A stretch of 64,000 nt of DNA from Amoebidium appalachense. Its lineage: Eukaryota > Protista > Ichthyosporea. The position numbers and the translations under genes were made by a program. Below, one piece after another: positions 11,741 through 23,361 of this stretch (position 1 is the first letter of the stretch; each line of letters opens with the position of its first letter). The DNA is taken from NCBI GenBank assembly GCA_963693365.1, contig CAVNZM010000004.1, positions 5,706,564 to 5,770,563 of the forward strand. Reading direction: 5' to 3'. The notes below the pieces were generated by a model. That model had not been told where the DNA came from, made no database searches, and worked only from the letters and a program-made list of their open reading frames with translations.

Positions 11741-13498
11741 CTAGTGTAGCAGATACCCGGAGGGAAAGAGGTAAAACGCGACATAAAATTCACACCTATC
11801 AACATGCTTGCGATTAAAAAGGTCAGCACAAAAGTGGCACCAGCGGCGATGAAAACAAGAATTACAGCGCCACTGCACAACTTCCCAGGCAATATCAACA
11901 TCAGAGCACCTTACAGACTTATCTACTAGGGTGGTATCCATACGTACAGCAGGGGAAATGTATCCTGCCAAAGCCTCCAAAAAGCGATAATGATCAGTAC
12001 GGTTTTGCCTAAGGAACATAACACATGCCGACTGAGTTTTACCTTTGATTTCTCTATCAGAACGAGAAAGAAACTTATACTGCGTATGGTAATAACGCGA
12101 AAAGGCAGAAAAAACAGGAAGAGAAAAGAAAGAGGGAGTGAGATAGCGAGAGGAAGAATCAGGTGGAAAGAGGGTAGGCTGAGGACATTCAGAAGTAGCG
12201 TTGGTGAATCCGGGGGGAAGAGGGATGGAGGGAGGGGGGGGAAAGAAAGCATAAAGAGGGTGACCATCAGGTAGCCTAACTAAATGAAAACAAAAACGAA
12301 GAGACAATTCCTCCATACGACAAACAGCAGACGACAATCCATACATACTGATTAAGGGAGGCACAAACCGAGTACGAAACAAAGTGCGCAGCGCAGTACC
12401 CTGAAAATCGTCGAACTCGTTCAGCGCCATTGCCGCCTCGCGAGGTGGGGCGCAGGCCAATAGCGGAAGTCCATATTCGAAAGTCGGCCGTAAAAAAGTT
12501 TTATAGTAGAGAAGAAGGTTCGTAGGATGGATCACAGACTCCTGTTGAAACATATTTGACACGATGTGAAGCTTACCCTTCGCACGAGCGATCCGTGCCG
12601 TGAGGAGCTTGCGGAAATCAATACCCCGTGCAGTAAAAGGAATACCCAAATAGTCATAGGTGCTCTGAACAGGAATAGGAAGACCGGCCAATCGAAAGGA
12701 AGTGTTCTTCGAAAAAGTAGCACACTTTGCAATTTCAACTGTCATGAGATTCTCGGTGCACCATTGATCCACCTGACGAAGCATCTGGTGCATGACATCT
12801 TCGGTTAAGGAACAAAGAACAATATCGTCCGCAAAAAGGAGACCCGGTACACGGCGGGTATGCAGTTGGCCAAAGGGTTCGAGGGCGCAGGCTAAATCGT
12901 CAATGAAAACGTCAAACAACAACGGACTCAGGAGGGACCCCTGCAGAAAACCCCGGGAACGGGAAAAACCGGGTGTTGATGTTCCATTGACCGCCGCTCG
13001 TCCGCGAGTGGTATCGAACAACGCTTGCAGAAGACGGCCAAAGGGGGCTGGTAAGCCCAGCATAGCCAGCTTATGCCATAACAAACCAGTGGGTACGGTG
13101 TCGTAGGCGTTCTTAAGGTCGATGAAGACAACGTGTGGAGAGCCAGAAGTAATGGATTCATGGAGTAACAGACTGTGAGTATAACACGAATAGGCATGAC
13201 GAAAGCCCCCTTGAAGCGAAGAAAGACGGAACACGGCGTTTAAAGAATCGTCGGTGTTAAACGCGCGAAGCATGCAACCGTCGAAGAGCCGACGAAAAAC
13301 GCTGGTAAGTGTGACGGGACGAAAGTCGTTAATGACCCCCTGCGATACCTTCTTACGAACGGACGTAATGATTGTGTCAAGCCACGAATTTGGAATAAAC
13401 CCGAGTTCGAAAAAAGCCCAAAAAAACTCACTAAGAAGGAGAGCAAAAGGCGGGGGCGGGGGGGGACTCTGCACGATTACGGGGCGGAAGCACGGGAG
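11741..13498 (-). pseudogene. LINE ORF segment 4: reverse transcriptase and C-terminal Cys/His region
   Basis: DFRPVTL, QGGFR, FIDLKNAYD, GFLQGSLLSPLLF, LFADDIVL, YDYLGI; CHFC...FNRKHV..C near the C-terminus. Confidence 0.93.
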
Positions 13499-14007
13499 AA
13501 TATTAAGTTTGTAAACGTGTTTTCTTTGCAGGAGAATTAGATAGCCCCGTTGGAGTGAAATTGTGTGTTGCGAGTGTGCTGTAAACTCCGTGGTAGTATA
13601 ATGTTGTAGGCCATGGTGTGTTTGATGTGTGTTCAAAGTTTCAGGCTGCTAGCATTTTTATTTAGGGAGCTGTAGCTGTTTTTATGTTCTGTGGGATATG
13701 CCATATGGATATATTGATGAGTTTGAGTTATATCTAGTCCGAAATGGGCGGCAATCGATTTGGTCTTTATGATCTAGGGGTTTTAGCCACTTGTGAAAAT
13801 TTTTCATTGGTTGATGTGCAGCAAAAATTCCATTTTGGTAGATTTCATGGATTTGATAGGTTCTAAGTCATTTCTTCATATTTCCATAGGCAAAAATGTG
13901 GGCCGCCCTCTATAATGAGCTTGCGCGGCCCCAGGGAGGTCAGTTGCGGCGCTACTGAGCGCGTTTAGGTCTCTTTAGGCCCAATTTTTTAGCTAAGTTT
14001 TTGGAAT
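13499..14007 (+). mobile_element. Solo repeat A of the Ngaro-like element, flanked by AAT on both sides
   Basis: GGAG-AAT-ATTAAGTTTG...AGTTTTTGG-AAT-CTTG; removing it restores LINE codons K-I-L-P. Confidence 0.9.
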
Positions 14008-14864
14008 CTTGAAAAGCACGGGAGGAAGAGCATCCGGCCCACACGCCTTGCGGGGTTTTAACGCCCGTATAGCACCAAAAACAGCCGAAGAGTTGAAATA
14101 ACTATGAAAAGTGCCCGGGAACGATCATCGGTCCAGCTCCCAACTTGGGGTCTGGGAGAGGTCAGCGGGCGGTGATGGAACCGTGGACACGTTAGGAAGC
14201 GAAAATAGGGAAGCATAATAGTCATCGACGGATTCAGCAATGGAGATGGAAGGAGACGGGGCATAGACTTGCACGGAAGGCCCAAACCGACCGGCGGATT
14301 TCCAGACCGATAATGCTTCCCGTAGAGGCAACAACTGTCGTAGGGACTGCAAAACGTGAGACTGGCTCAGCCGAACGGAAGGGTACTCAACCGTGCCCAC
14401 CACCTGCTCGCCAAGGGCAAAAAGGAACTCAACAAACTCATTATAACAAACCTCCAAAATAGCCGGGTTCCGCTGCGCACGGGCGTCGCGCACTGCGGCA
14501 AGAAAGAAGCCATGAACCGACTTATGCTCCTTGACAGCGAGTAACTGGCTTAACTTGTGCTTGAAACCGCGAGATAAGAGGCGGCGGTTAGTCTGAGTAG
14601 CCCCGCCGAAGTGAACAGGGAAGGAAACCGAAAATTCTACAGGGGAATGGTCCGAACTACGCCGTAAGGAATCGGGTGGGGAAATTACTCGAAGGGTGGA
14701 GTCCCAAAACGAGGCACCCCAGTAAGTCACGTGGTTAGCGAAAACGCGAGGAAGACGGACAAGGTGCTTTCGAAGAAGGTTGGCGAGGACACGAGCACGG
14801 TCAGAAAAAGGACGAAACTGTGCTGGGGACGGGGTATGTTCCCTATCACACGGAACCACTGGAC
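14005..14864 (-). pseudogene. LINE ORF segment 3: end of AP endonuclease and tether
   Basis: SDHSPV (APE SDH motif) and AIRALKPRKACGPD; premature TGA at 14125. Confidence 0.85.
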
Positions 14865-15556
14865 AATATTAAGTTTGTAAACGTGTTTTCTTTGCAGGAG
14901 AATTAGATAGCCCCGTTGGAGTACAATTGTGTGTTGCGAGTGTGCTGTAAACTTCGTGGTAGTATGTTGTAGGCCATGGTGTGTTTGATGTGTGTGCAAA
15001 GTTTCAGGCTGCTAGCATTTTTATTTAGGGAGCTGTAGCTGTTTTTATGTTCTGTGGGATATGCCATATGGATATATTGATGAGTTTGAGTTATATCTAG
15101 TCCGAAATGGGCGGCAATCGATTTGGTCTTTATGATCTAGGGGTTTTAGCCACTTGTGAAAAATTTTCATTGGTTGATGTGCAGCAAAAAATTCCATTTT
15201 GGTAGATTTCATGGATTTGATAGGTTCTAAGTCATTTCTTCATATTTCCATAGGCAAAAATGTGGGCTGCGCTCTATAATGAGCTTGCGCGGCCCCAGGG
15301 AGGTCAGTTGCGGCGCTACTGAGCGCGTTTAGGTCTCTTTAGGCCCAATTTTTTAGCTTAGTTTTTGCCCACCCACCACACCCTTTGCCTATTTAGGCAC
15401 TAGGCTACGTTTTTTGAGCATGTTTCTGTATGACATTTGTCATTCTTTTCATTGCTCCTGTGGAGCACACCTGTGCCTGCTTGTGAGATTGATCCACAGA
15501 CACCGGCTCATGTATCCCCTTGCTGGGGCTGGTAAAGACGACGTTGGCATAAGAAT
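14865..15556 (+). mobile_element. Solo A-C-B unit of the Ngaro-like element
   Basis: GGAC-AAT-ATTAAG...GGCATAAG-AAT-TGAAG; removing it restores GDFN-CPVV. Confidence 0.92.
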
Positions 15557-15902
15557 TGAAGTCACCAATAAAAACTTGAGAAACGGGAATTTGGTTAACC
15601 ACGGCTGACAAAGTGTCAGTACCTAACGACGGAGGAAAGTACACGAAAGACAAAGTCCACGCACGAAACTGAATGGTGACGAAATACTCATGTGCCGCAA
15701 TGACCCTGCAATCCGAACGAATGCTAGGATTGGCTAAAACCGCGATGCCGCCTCGGGAGAAACCAGTCGATGACGAAGACCCAATCAAAAATCCGGATTG
15801 CTCCAACTGATGATGATTATAGAACCATGTCTCGGCAAGAACAACAAAAGAATAGGCACGAACAGAGTCGAAAATGTATTGCAATTGCGAGGATTGTAAA
15901 CC
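15554..15902 (-). pseudogene. LINE ORF segment 2: AP endonuclease
   Basis: VVLAETW, GGIAVL, VYFPPS, FIGDFN motifs. Confidence 0.88.
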
Positions 15903-16641
15903 ATATTTAGTTTGTAAACGTGTTTTCTTTGCAGGAGAATTAGATAGCCCCGTTGGAGTGACATTGTGTGTTGCGAGTGTGCTGTAAAATTCGTAGTAGT
16001 AGCATGTTGTAGGCCTTGGTGTGTTTGATGTGTGTGCAAAGTTTCAGGCTGCTAGCATTTTTATTTAGGGAGCTGTAGCTGTTTTTATGTTCTGTGGGAT
16101 TGCGATATGGATATATTGATGAGTTTTAGTTATATCTAGTCCGAAATGGGCGGCAATTGATTTGGTCTTTGTGATCTAGGGGTTTTAGCCACTTGTGAAA
16201 ATTTTCATTGGTTGATGTGCAGCAAAAATTCCATTTTGGTAGATTTCATGGATTTGATAGGTTTTAAGTCATTTCTTCATATTTCCATATGCAAAAATGT
16301 GGGCCGCGCTATATAATGAGCTTGCGCGGCCCGAGGGAGGTCAGTTGCGGCGCTACTGAGCGCGTTTAGGTCTCTTTAGGCCCAATTTTTTAGCTAAGTT
16401 TTTGCTAAGTTTTTGCAACTCTAGTCCCCGTTTTTCGCGCTGTTGTTCGTTTTTTCTCTGTTGTTTTTGCCCAGGAGCGCGCGCTTAGCTTCGGCAGCAT
16501 CTGGTAAGAGTTTTGCGTGCGCGCCGTTGCGTTTTAGCTGGTTTTCGGACGTTTTTTGCGGTGTCGTTTTTCCCGCGTTTTTGCATTTTCCAGTCTTCGT
16601 TTTCAAGTTTTCGTGCTCTAGTCTGGTTTGTGAGCATTGCA

Positions 16642-17697
16642 ATGGCCCCTCCATCTGCTCTGGTCGCCAAGGGGTCCGCTCTCCTCGAAAAGCTTTTGGA
16701 GATCTCTACGGATGCGGACGACGCAAGTCTCAAAAGTCTGGCCGTTTTGCAGTCCAACGCCCTCCCCTGTAACAGCCTGCCGGCAGAAACCGTCAACAGT
16801 GTGGTTTCAGCCCTCAAGGCGCGCTCGGTGGCTTTTGATGACCCTGAGATCGTCGGTTGGAAAGCCACCGACCAGCTGCACTTGCTCTGTCGCACTCCTC
16901 GCAGCGGCCGTGCCTCCCCCCCATCTGGGTCGCCCTCTCCCCAGCGGCGTTCTGACGGTGTAGATGTACAAGAGCAGCTGCAGGCGCTTTCTGCCCAAGT
17001 GCAAGCCCTCTCTGTTGCCCAGTCTGGTCGCCCCAAGAAGCCCTCTGCCGGCGGCCTGCTGAGCACGCTGTCTGCGCGGGCAAAGGGCAAGGAGCCTGTC
17101 TATGCGTACAACACCGGCAGTGAAGACACCCCATCGTCGAGTGAGGATTCTTCTTCCAGCAGCAGTGGCTACGGTCGTTCCTCTCGCAGCCGTCGTTCCT
17201 CTGGCCGTTCCAAACCCAACCCCAGCCGTTATCTGCTCTCCAGCGGCTCCAAAGTCAACCTGCGCGTCAAAGAACGTCTGGCCCTTTCCTACCTCAAGAG
17301 CACCTTGGCTGACCAGGCCTCGGTCACTGCGGCTGTCCACGCGGCGGATTGGGTCAGCTACCGCAACAAGCGGGAGGCTCTGACGCTTGCCCGTATGCTG
17401 GATCTGCTGCTGGCCGCCGAACCTAAGGCCCGCAAGGAGTCACCTGCTGTGGAAGTTGGTGTGCGCCGTCTGCTGGCTGTGCAGAGTGCTGATCAGTCCA
17501 ACGGGGACTGGGCTGTTGCAGAGCAGTTTGAGGAGCTCCCTGCGCGCAGCCTGCCCCTGCCCCCTGCCTTGGCCACCCGGGCTGTTCGTCAAGCCAAGAC
17601 CCTCGCCGAAGTCACCCGGGCTCGGCGCAGTCCCGGCAGTGGCCCATCCGGCGCTTGTCCATCGACCCCTCCGGGGACCGGTGGCCACAGGGCCTAA
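16642..17697 (+). CDS. ORF1 (gag-like) of the YR retrotransposon, 351 aa
   Basis: Uninterrupted from ATG 16642 (MAPPSALV); Ser-rich middle; helical block REALTLARMLDLL...EVGVRRLLAV...GDWAVAE. Function inferred from position. Confidence 0.8.
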   Translation: MAPPSALVAKGSALLEKLLEISTDADDASLKSLAVLQSNALPCNSLPAETVNSVVSALKARSVAFDDPEIVGWKATDQLHLLCRTPRSGRASPPSGSPSPQRRSDGVDVQEQLQALSAQVQALSVAQSGRPKKPSAGGLLSTLSARAKGKEPVYAYNTGSEDTPSSSEDSSSSSSGYGRSSRSRRSSGRSKPNPSRYLLSSGSKVNLRVKERLALSYLKSTLADQASVTAAVHAADWVSYRNKREALTLARMLDLLLAAEPKARKESPAVEVGVRRLLAVQSADQSNGDWAVAEQFEELPARSLPLPPALATRAVRQAKTLAEVTRARRSPGSGPSGACPSTPPGTGGHRA

Positions 17698-17807
17698 ACG
17701 GCCCTTTGGGGGTTCGGCACGCGGTTCTGTATATTATTTTCTTGTGGTTTCCTGCCACGTGCCCTTGATTAAATATGCCCCCTAATTTTTCTTAGGATTC
17801 CACAGCT

Positions 17808-19828
17808 ATGCCACGTCATGTCTTTGCCGCCTCTGATTTGTTTCCTGTTCCGGCCATTCCTGTGCCGGACCGTTCTGGACAAGCCCGTCTACGGAGTCAA
17901 CGCTGTCGGCAACGTCTGTCTCACCGCCTGAAGGGGGTTACCTTGGCTTACCCTTGTCTTGGTGCCCTCAACGAGCTGTGGGCAGGCGGCCCTTGCCCAT
18001 TCCCGACCCGGTTGCTGAACAGTCACCACCATGCCCTGTGTACCTTTATCCTTAGGGCCAACTACGATGCTATACGCGCGCGGGTGTCTACGACGCTCAG
18101 CCTGCGAGTGGTGTCTTGGCTGCGTTCCCCGCGGCCTACCCTGTATTGACAGGATGGCTACCTCTCACGGCGGCAAATGCCGCTTTGCCACCCCCTGGGG
18201 TTGGAGCCACAGTGGACGTGTTGCAGTTTTTGTCTCCTACACTGCAGCCGTTTTTGGCCAACTGCGAAGGCGGCCTTCTCAAGCCTGTTCCGCCGACGCC
18301 TGCAGAGCTGCGCTGCATCCGACCGGCGCATCACGTTCCCAGTGGGGAATACGGTCCCCTGCTTCTTCGGCTTCAAGACTGCGGCATGGTGCACTATTTC
18401 GAGGCGAAGGAAAAACCACTGGCCATCAATGGGCTGTTTGGGGTCCCCAAAGACACCAGAGCCCGCGTCATTTTTGACGGCCGCCGTGGCAACCTGTTCT
18501 TTGCCCGTGATCATCCTGCCCTCAAGGTGCACCTGCCCAACCCTGCCGATTTTGCCGATCTGTTGCTGGGGCCTGAGGATTGCCTCTATTTTGGCAAGTC
18601 GGACATGGACAACCAGTTCCATCGTCATCTTGCCCCCGAGTGGCTGTGCCGGTACTTCGGATTGCCACCTGTGTCTTCGGAGGCTGTTGGCATTTCTGGG
18701 CCCGACCAGCTTGTGTACCCGGCCCTCAAGACCGTGCCCATGGGCTGGGTGCATTCTGTGCTTGTGGCTCAAGACGTCCATGGGCAGTTGGCTGACCGAG
18801 CCGGCATGCCCCGCATTGAGCGCCTCTGTGCGATAGTGCCGCGGCTTGTGGAAGCCACTCGCAGCATGCCCTGTATGTGGACGGCTGTGGCTGGGTCGGC
18901 ACAGATGCCACCGCCATCAATCGTGAATCGTATCATGGCGTCACCGGCCCGGCTGGTCTTCCCTCCAACGTCAAGAAGGATGTGGCTGCTGGTTCGTCAT
19001 CCTCTATGGTGCTGCTAGGCCTGGAAATGCATCCCTCTGGGATATTGCGCCCGTCTGGCGCTTCCTTGTGCCGTCTAGTGGCGGAAACCCAGGCCGTGTT
19101 GCGTCGTGGTGTCGTCACGCAGCTCCGTTTGCAGCAGTTGCTTGGTGGTTGGGTGTGGGCGGCACTGCTGCAGCGGCCGCTTTTGTCGGTTCTGAGTGCC
19201 GTCAACAGTTTTGTGGAGCAGCTGGGGGGTCTGGAACAGCCCCTTCCACCGCCCGTGGTGTGGGAGCTTCGAGCGATGTGTGCTTTGGCCCCTTTGATGC
19301 GTTGTGATTTGCGTTCTGGGTTTGCTAGCACCATGTTCTGCACTGATGCATCCTTGTTGGGTGGTGCAGTGGTGTCCCGGATGCTTCCAGCAACGCTTCT
19401 CCGCGAAGTGCTGTCTCACTGCAACCGGCGTGGCCAGCCAGCTGTCTGGTCCTGTGCACGAGCCAAGACCGTCCGCCCCCCCGGCACCTATCCTGGCAGC
19501 TGTTGGTGGCCGGTGGACCACCAACATCAGTCATCGTTGGCGCCACTCCGACCACATCAACATTCTGGAGGGAGAAGCCTTGCTCCTGGGGCTTCGTCGA
19601 GTAGGTCGGTCTACGGCTGCCCGGGGCTCCCGCTACCTTTGGGGCCTTGATTCGACGGCGCTGCTTGGGGCTGTTGCTAAGGGTCGTTCAGCATCCCGAC
19701 GCCTTAACCGTGTATGCCGCCAGGTGGCTGCCTACACGCTTGCCCTCGACATTCGTTTGTATTGTGTGTGGCTGCCGTCAGCCCACAATCCTGCAGATGG
19801 TCCCATGCGGTTTTCTGGCTGTCAGTGA
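17808..19828 (+). pseudogene. RT / RNase H ORF of the YR retrotransposon (frameshifted)
   Basis: Same motifs as copy 1; frame breaks near 18080, 18858 and 19435; YVDD appears as YVDG. Confidence 0.9.
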
Positions 19829-20736
19829 CCAGGCCAAAAAGCCCCCAACCCTCAAGGCCTACCGGGATGCTGTTGTTGAGTTCCTGGATTGGTTGCCCCC
19901 TGGCACCAACACCAAGTCCCCCGCCGAACTGGACGACCTCCTGGTGGAGTATTTTGAGGAGTGTTATGCCATTGATCCATCGCGTGGCCAGCGTCAGCGC
20001 TGTGTCAACACAGCTGCCGGCATCAAGCATTTCATGCCACGCCTGGGTCCACACCTGCAGGCCGCCCAACGGAGCCTGCAGGGCTGGAACCGGTTTGTTC
20101 CACTGGAGCAAAGACCACGCCCCCGCTTCCGTTTTCATTGGTCCTCGTCATTGGCCATCATTTATTTTCCAAAATTGGCCCCTTGTTTGGTTTGCTGTTT
20201 TGCTCGGATTTGAGTGTTATTTTCGTGTCAGTGAGCTGCTTATGCTCACCTGTGCGGATCTTGTTTTGCCCGACGACCCCGTTCCCCACGACATGCCACC
20301 CAGTACAGGCGGCATCCGCCTGGCCAACACAAAGACCGGTCCAAATCAGTTTGTCCCCTTCACCGATCCGTCCCTGTTGGCCATCCTGTCTTTCTGGTTC
20401 CGTGGTGCCCCCCCTTCTGCGCGGCTGTTTCCTTTCTCGTATGATGTTCTGCTTGCCAAGTTCCAAGCGGCATGTCACTCCCTCGGCCTCAACGAGTATG
20501 GGTTCCATCTTCACAGTCTTCGCCATGGTGGTGCCTCGAGAGACTACGTCAGGGGTGTTTCGGTAGAGACGATTGCTCTGCGTGGTCGGTGGAGATCGCA
20601 TGCCTCCCTCCGCCGGTACGTGCAGGCCGGCCGGCCTCTTGTTCTTTCTATTCGGGTGCCTGCGTCGCTCCTTGCCCGGGCTGCAGCGCTGCGTCAGTCA
20701 CCCACGGCATGGTTCGTTCCTTCCCGTGCCAGGTAG
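19797..20736 (+). pseudogene. Tyrosine recombinase of copy 2 (frameshifts near 20100-20190)
   Basis: FRVSE, TKTG, HSLRH, GRW and RRYV are present but split across frames. Confidence 0.9.
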
Positions 20737-21557
20737 GGAGTGGTGGAGCACACCTGTGCCTGCTTGTGAGATTGATCCACAGGCACCGGCTCATGTATCC
20801 CCTTGCTGGGGCTGGTAAAGACGAAGTTGGCATAAGAATATTTAGTTTGTAAACGTGTTTTCTTTGCAGGAGAATTAGATAGCCCTGTTGGAGTGAAATT
20901 GTGTGTTGCGAGTGTGCTGTGAAATTGTAGCAGTAGTATGTTGTAGGCCTTGGTGTGTTTGATGTGTGTGCGAAGTTTCAGGCTGCTAGCATTTTTATTT
21001 AGGGAGCTGTAGCTGTTTTATGTTCTGTGGGATATGCCATATGGATATATTGATGAGTGTGAGTTATATCTAGTTCGAAATGGGCGGCAATTGATTTGGT
21101 CTTTGTGATCTAGGGGTTTTAGCCACTTGTGAGAAATTTTCATTGGTTGATGTGCAGCAAAAATTCCATTTTGGTAGATTTCATGGATTTGATAGGTATT
21201 AAGTCATTTCCTCTTATTTCCATAGGCAAAAATGTGGGCCGCGCTCTATAATAAGCTTGCGCGGCCCCACCGCGCTCTATAATAAGCTTGCGCGGCCCCA
21301 TGGAGGTCAGTTGCGGCGCTACTGAGCGCGTTTAGGTCTCTTTGAGCTCAATTTTTTAGCCAAGTTTTTGCCCACCCAACACACCCTTTGCCTATTTAGG
21401 CACTAGGCTACGTTTTTGGAGCATGTTTCTGTATGACATTTGTCATTCTTTTCATTGCTCCTGTGGAGCACACCTGTGCCTGCTTGTGATATTGAACTAC
21501 AGGCACCGGCTAATGTATCCCCTTGCTGGGGCTGGTAAAGACGACGTTGGCATAAGA

Positions 21558-21884
21558 AAGTCATTTCTTCATATTTCCATAGGCAAAAATGTGGGCCGCG
21601 CTATATAATGAGCTTGCGTGGCCCCAGGGAGGTCAGTTGCGGCGCTACTGAGCGCGTTTAGGTCTCTTTAGACCCAATTTTTTAGCTAAGTTTTTGCCCA
21701 CCCACCACACCCTTTGCCTATTTATGCACTTGGCTACGTTTTTGGAGCATGTTTCTGTATGACATCTGTCATTCTTTTCATTGCTCCTGTGGAGCACACC
21801 TGTGCCTGCTTGTGAGATTGATCCACAGGCACGGCTCGTGTATCCCTTTGCTGGGGCTGGTAAAGACGACGTTGGCATAAGAAT
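21558..21884 (+). mobile_element. Second short terminal unit (partial A + C + B) appended to the right end of copy 2
   Basis: AAGTCATTTC...GGCATAAG-AAT; LINE sequence resumes at 21883. Confidence 0.88.
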
Positions 21885-21963
21885 GTACATTCTGAGCACA
21901 ACTTGCTGACCGGTATGGATAGTCTAAGGGATAGAGTAATACATCTACAAATTTTTCGGCCAT
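21883..21963 (-). pseudogene. LINE ORF segment 1 (N-terminus)
   Basis: MAEKF...CAQNVH joins GLQSSQL at 15902, giving the APE-type NVxGL motif. Confidence 0.75.
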
Positions 21964-22030
21964 GGGCAAGTTGAACCTAGTTCATCAAATTCATTTTATC
22001 GTATGGCACCTACCACGGTAACCGGAATGG

Positions 22031-22284
22031 TAAAATTAAAACCCATGATGGGCTCGACGGTTATCAGTCAGGTGCTAGAACGGTAGCTGAAGTAGTAATC
22101 GAGCCTTATCAGTGCCAAACGGTACGTGTCCGGGCCGGCAATCATGTTAGAATAGGGGATTTAGGGGTTTTTACTCCGAAAACCCCATTTCAGGAGGTGG
22201 CTCAATGGACCCTTAGTTGGGTATGGCCGGATAAGACGATAGAAATAGAATTAGTGAATCAGGGCATCGAGCCTATAGTGATTA
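22031..22284 (+). mobile_element. Left fragment of a 5'-truncated Ty3/Gypsy chromovirus (host of the DNA transposon)
   Basis: Matches the reverse complement of 55776-56030; continues without gap at 43304. Confidence 0.9.
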
Positions 22285-22298
22285 CATCAGCAATCTCC
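22285..22298 (+). repeat. Left TIR CATCAGCAATCTCC
   Basis: Reverse complement of 43290-43303. Confidence 0.9.
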
Positions 22299-22459
22299 CC
22301 CCCCCCCTCGTAACCCCACCGAAGACCTCGTCGATGGGTTGGCACTGGTTTAGGACTGTCTTATGGATGGGTTTACGCTATATGAAGGAAAAACTTCCAA
22401 ACCCGTCGACGACGTCGTAGACCGTCGGCGGAGTGGTTTACGACCCCTTTAGGGATAAC

Positions 22460-23178
22460 TGTCGTATCCTAATATATGTGTACTAGAGACGCGGCACTCT
22501 ACTAAGTGTACACACGCGAAAAGGAACGAACGTGTACGAAAAAACGGTAAAGTTTATTCAGACCAGGCTCCGACGGGCAAACTTAGATCCGTACGTAATG
22601 AGTCTAAGTTACGACTGAGGCCATCAAGGCCGTGCCCTCAAAGATCATCATCACCTGGCCCCCTACGATGCCACATTCCATTAACATTCCGATCTACTTT
22701 TATCGTGCGCCTGCACGAGCTAAGTCGATCTACTCAACTAATATATTTATCCATGTCTCACCCCTCACCCTCCCCCTAGTGGCACCGCAGAGTCTAAATC
22801 TACATTTCATACTATCCTCCCCCCCCCCTCCCTCCCCCCCTTTCCTCTACATCTACATATATAAATACGTTTGGCAACATACACTATCTAACCGTGCCAA
22901 TACTTACAAAAGGGCTTCTGCCCGAACAATCACATTCCTAAGTCCTCCTACGATCTATCCTACACACTAATTAGAATTCTATTGGTCGGCTGTCCCGGCT
23001 GACGTGGTCCAATGCCCTGCGCCGGCAGAGGCAAGATGCACGTAGCTGTACAGCTATCTTGAGGCCCCGGACTTGATCTTGATGATCTGTGGACCCGGGC
23101 CACCCCCCCCCCCCCCCCCCCCCCCCGATCTCGATCGTAGACTTAGGCTAATCTGCTGAGACGGATTAGTATATGTCA
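22460..23178 (-). repeat. 3' LTR
   Basis: TGTCGTATCC...TATATGTCA; near-identical to 29761-30480; adjacent polypurine tract. Confidence 0.95.
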
Positions 23179-23361
23179 ACTCCCCCCCCGGCCCCCGGAA
23201 AAGCTGAGTCCCACCTCAGTCACATTACATCTAACACCCCCTAAAAAGACATAGACTAATCAGTCTCCTAAAAAAAATTAAATTAAATAAATTACGAAGA
23301 AAAATAATAAATTAATCTACACCATAAGCTTGATACCTACGGAGACACCTATGATAATAAA

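Larger units (their letters stand above)
15903..21558 (+). mobile_element. Full-length Ngaro/DIRS-group tyrosine-recombinase retrotransposon (copy 2)
   Basis: A1 15903-~16416, B1 20743-20836, core AAT 20837-20839, A2 20840-~21371, spacer C, B2 21463-21556; three ORFs between A1 and B1. Confidence 0.95.
11741..21963 (-). mobile_element. LINE (APE + RT) interrupted by three Ngaro-like insertions
   Basis: Segments 21963-21883, 15902-15554, 14864-14005 and 13498-11741 join in frame (3048 nt) with one internal TGA at 14125. Confidence 0.9.
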
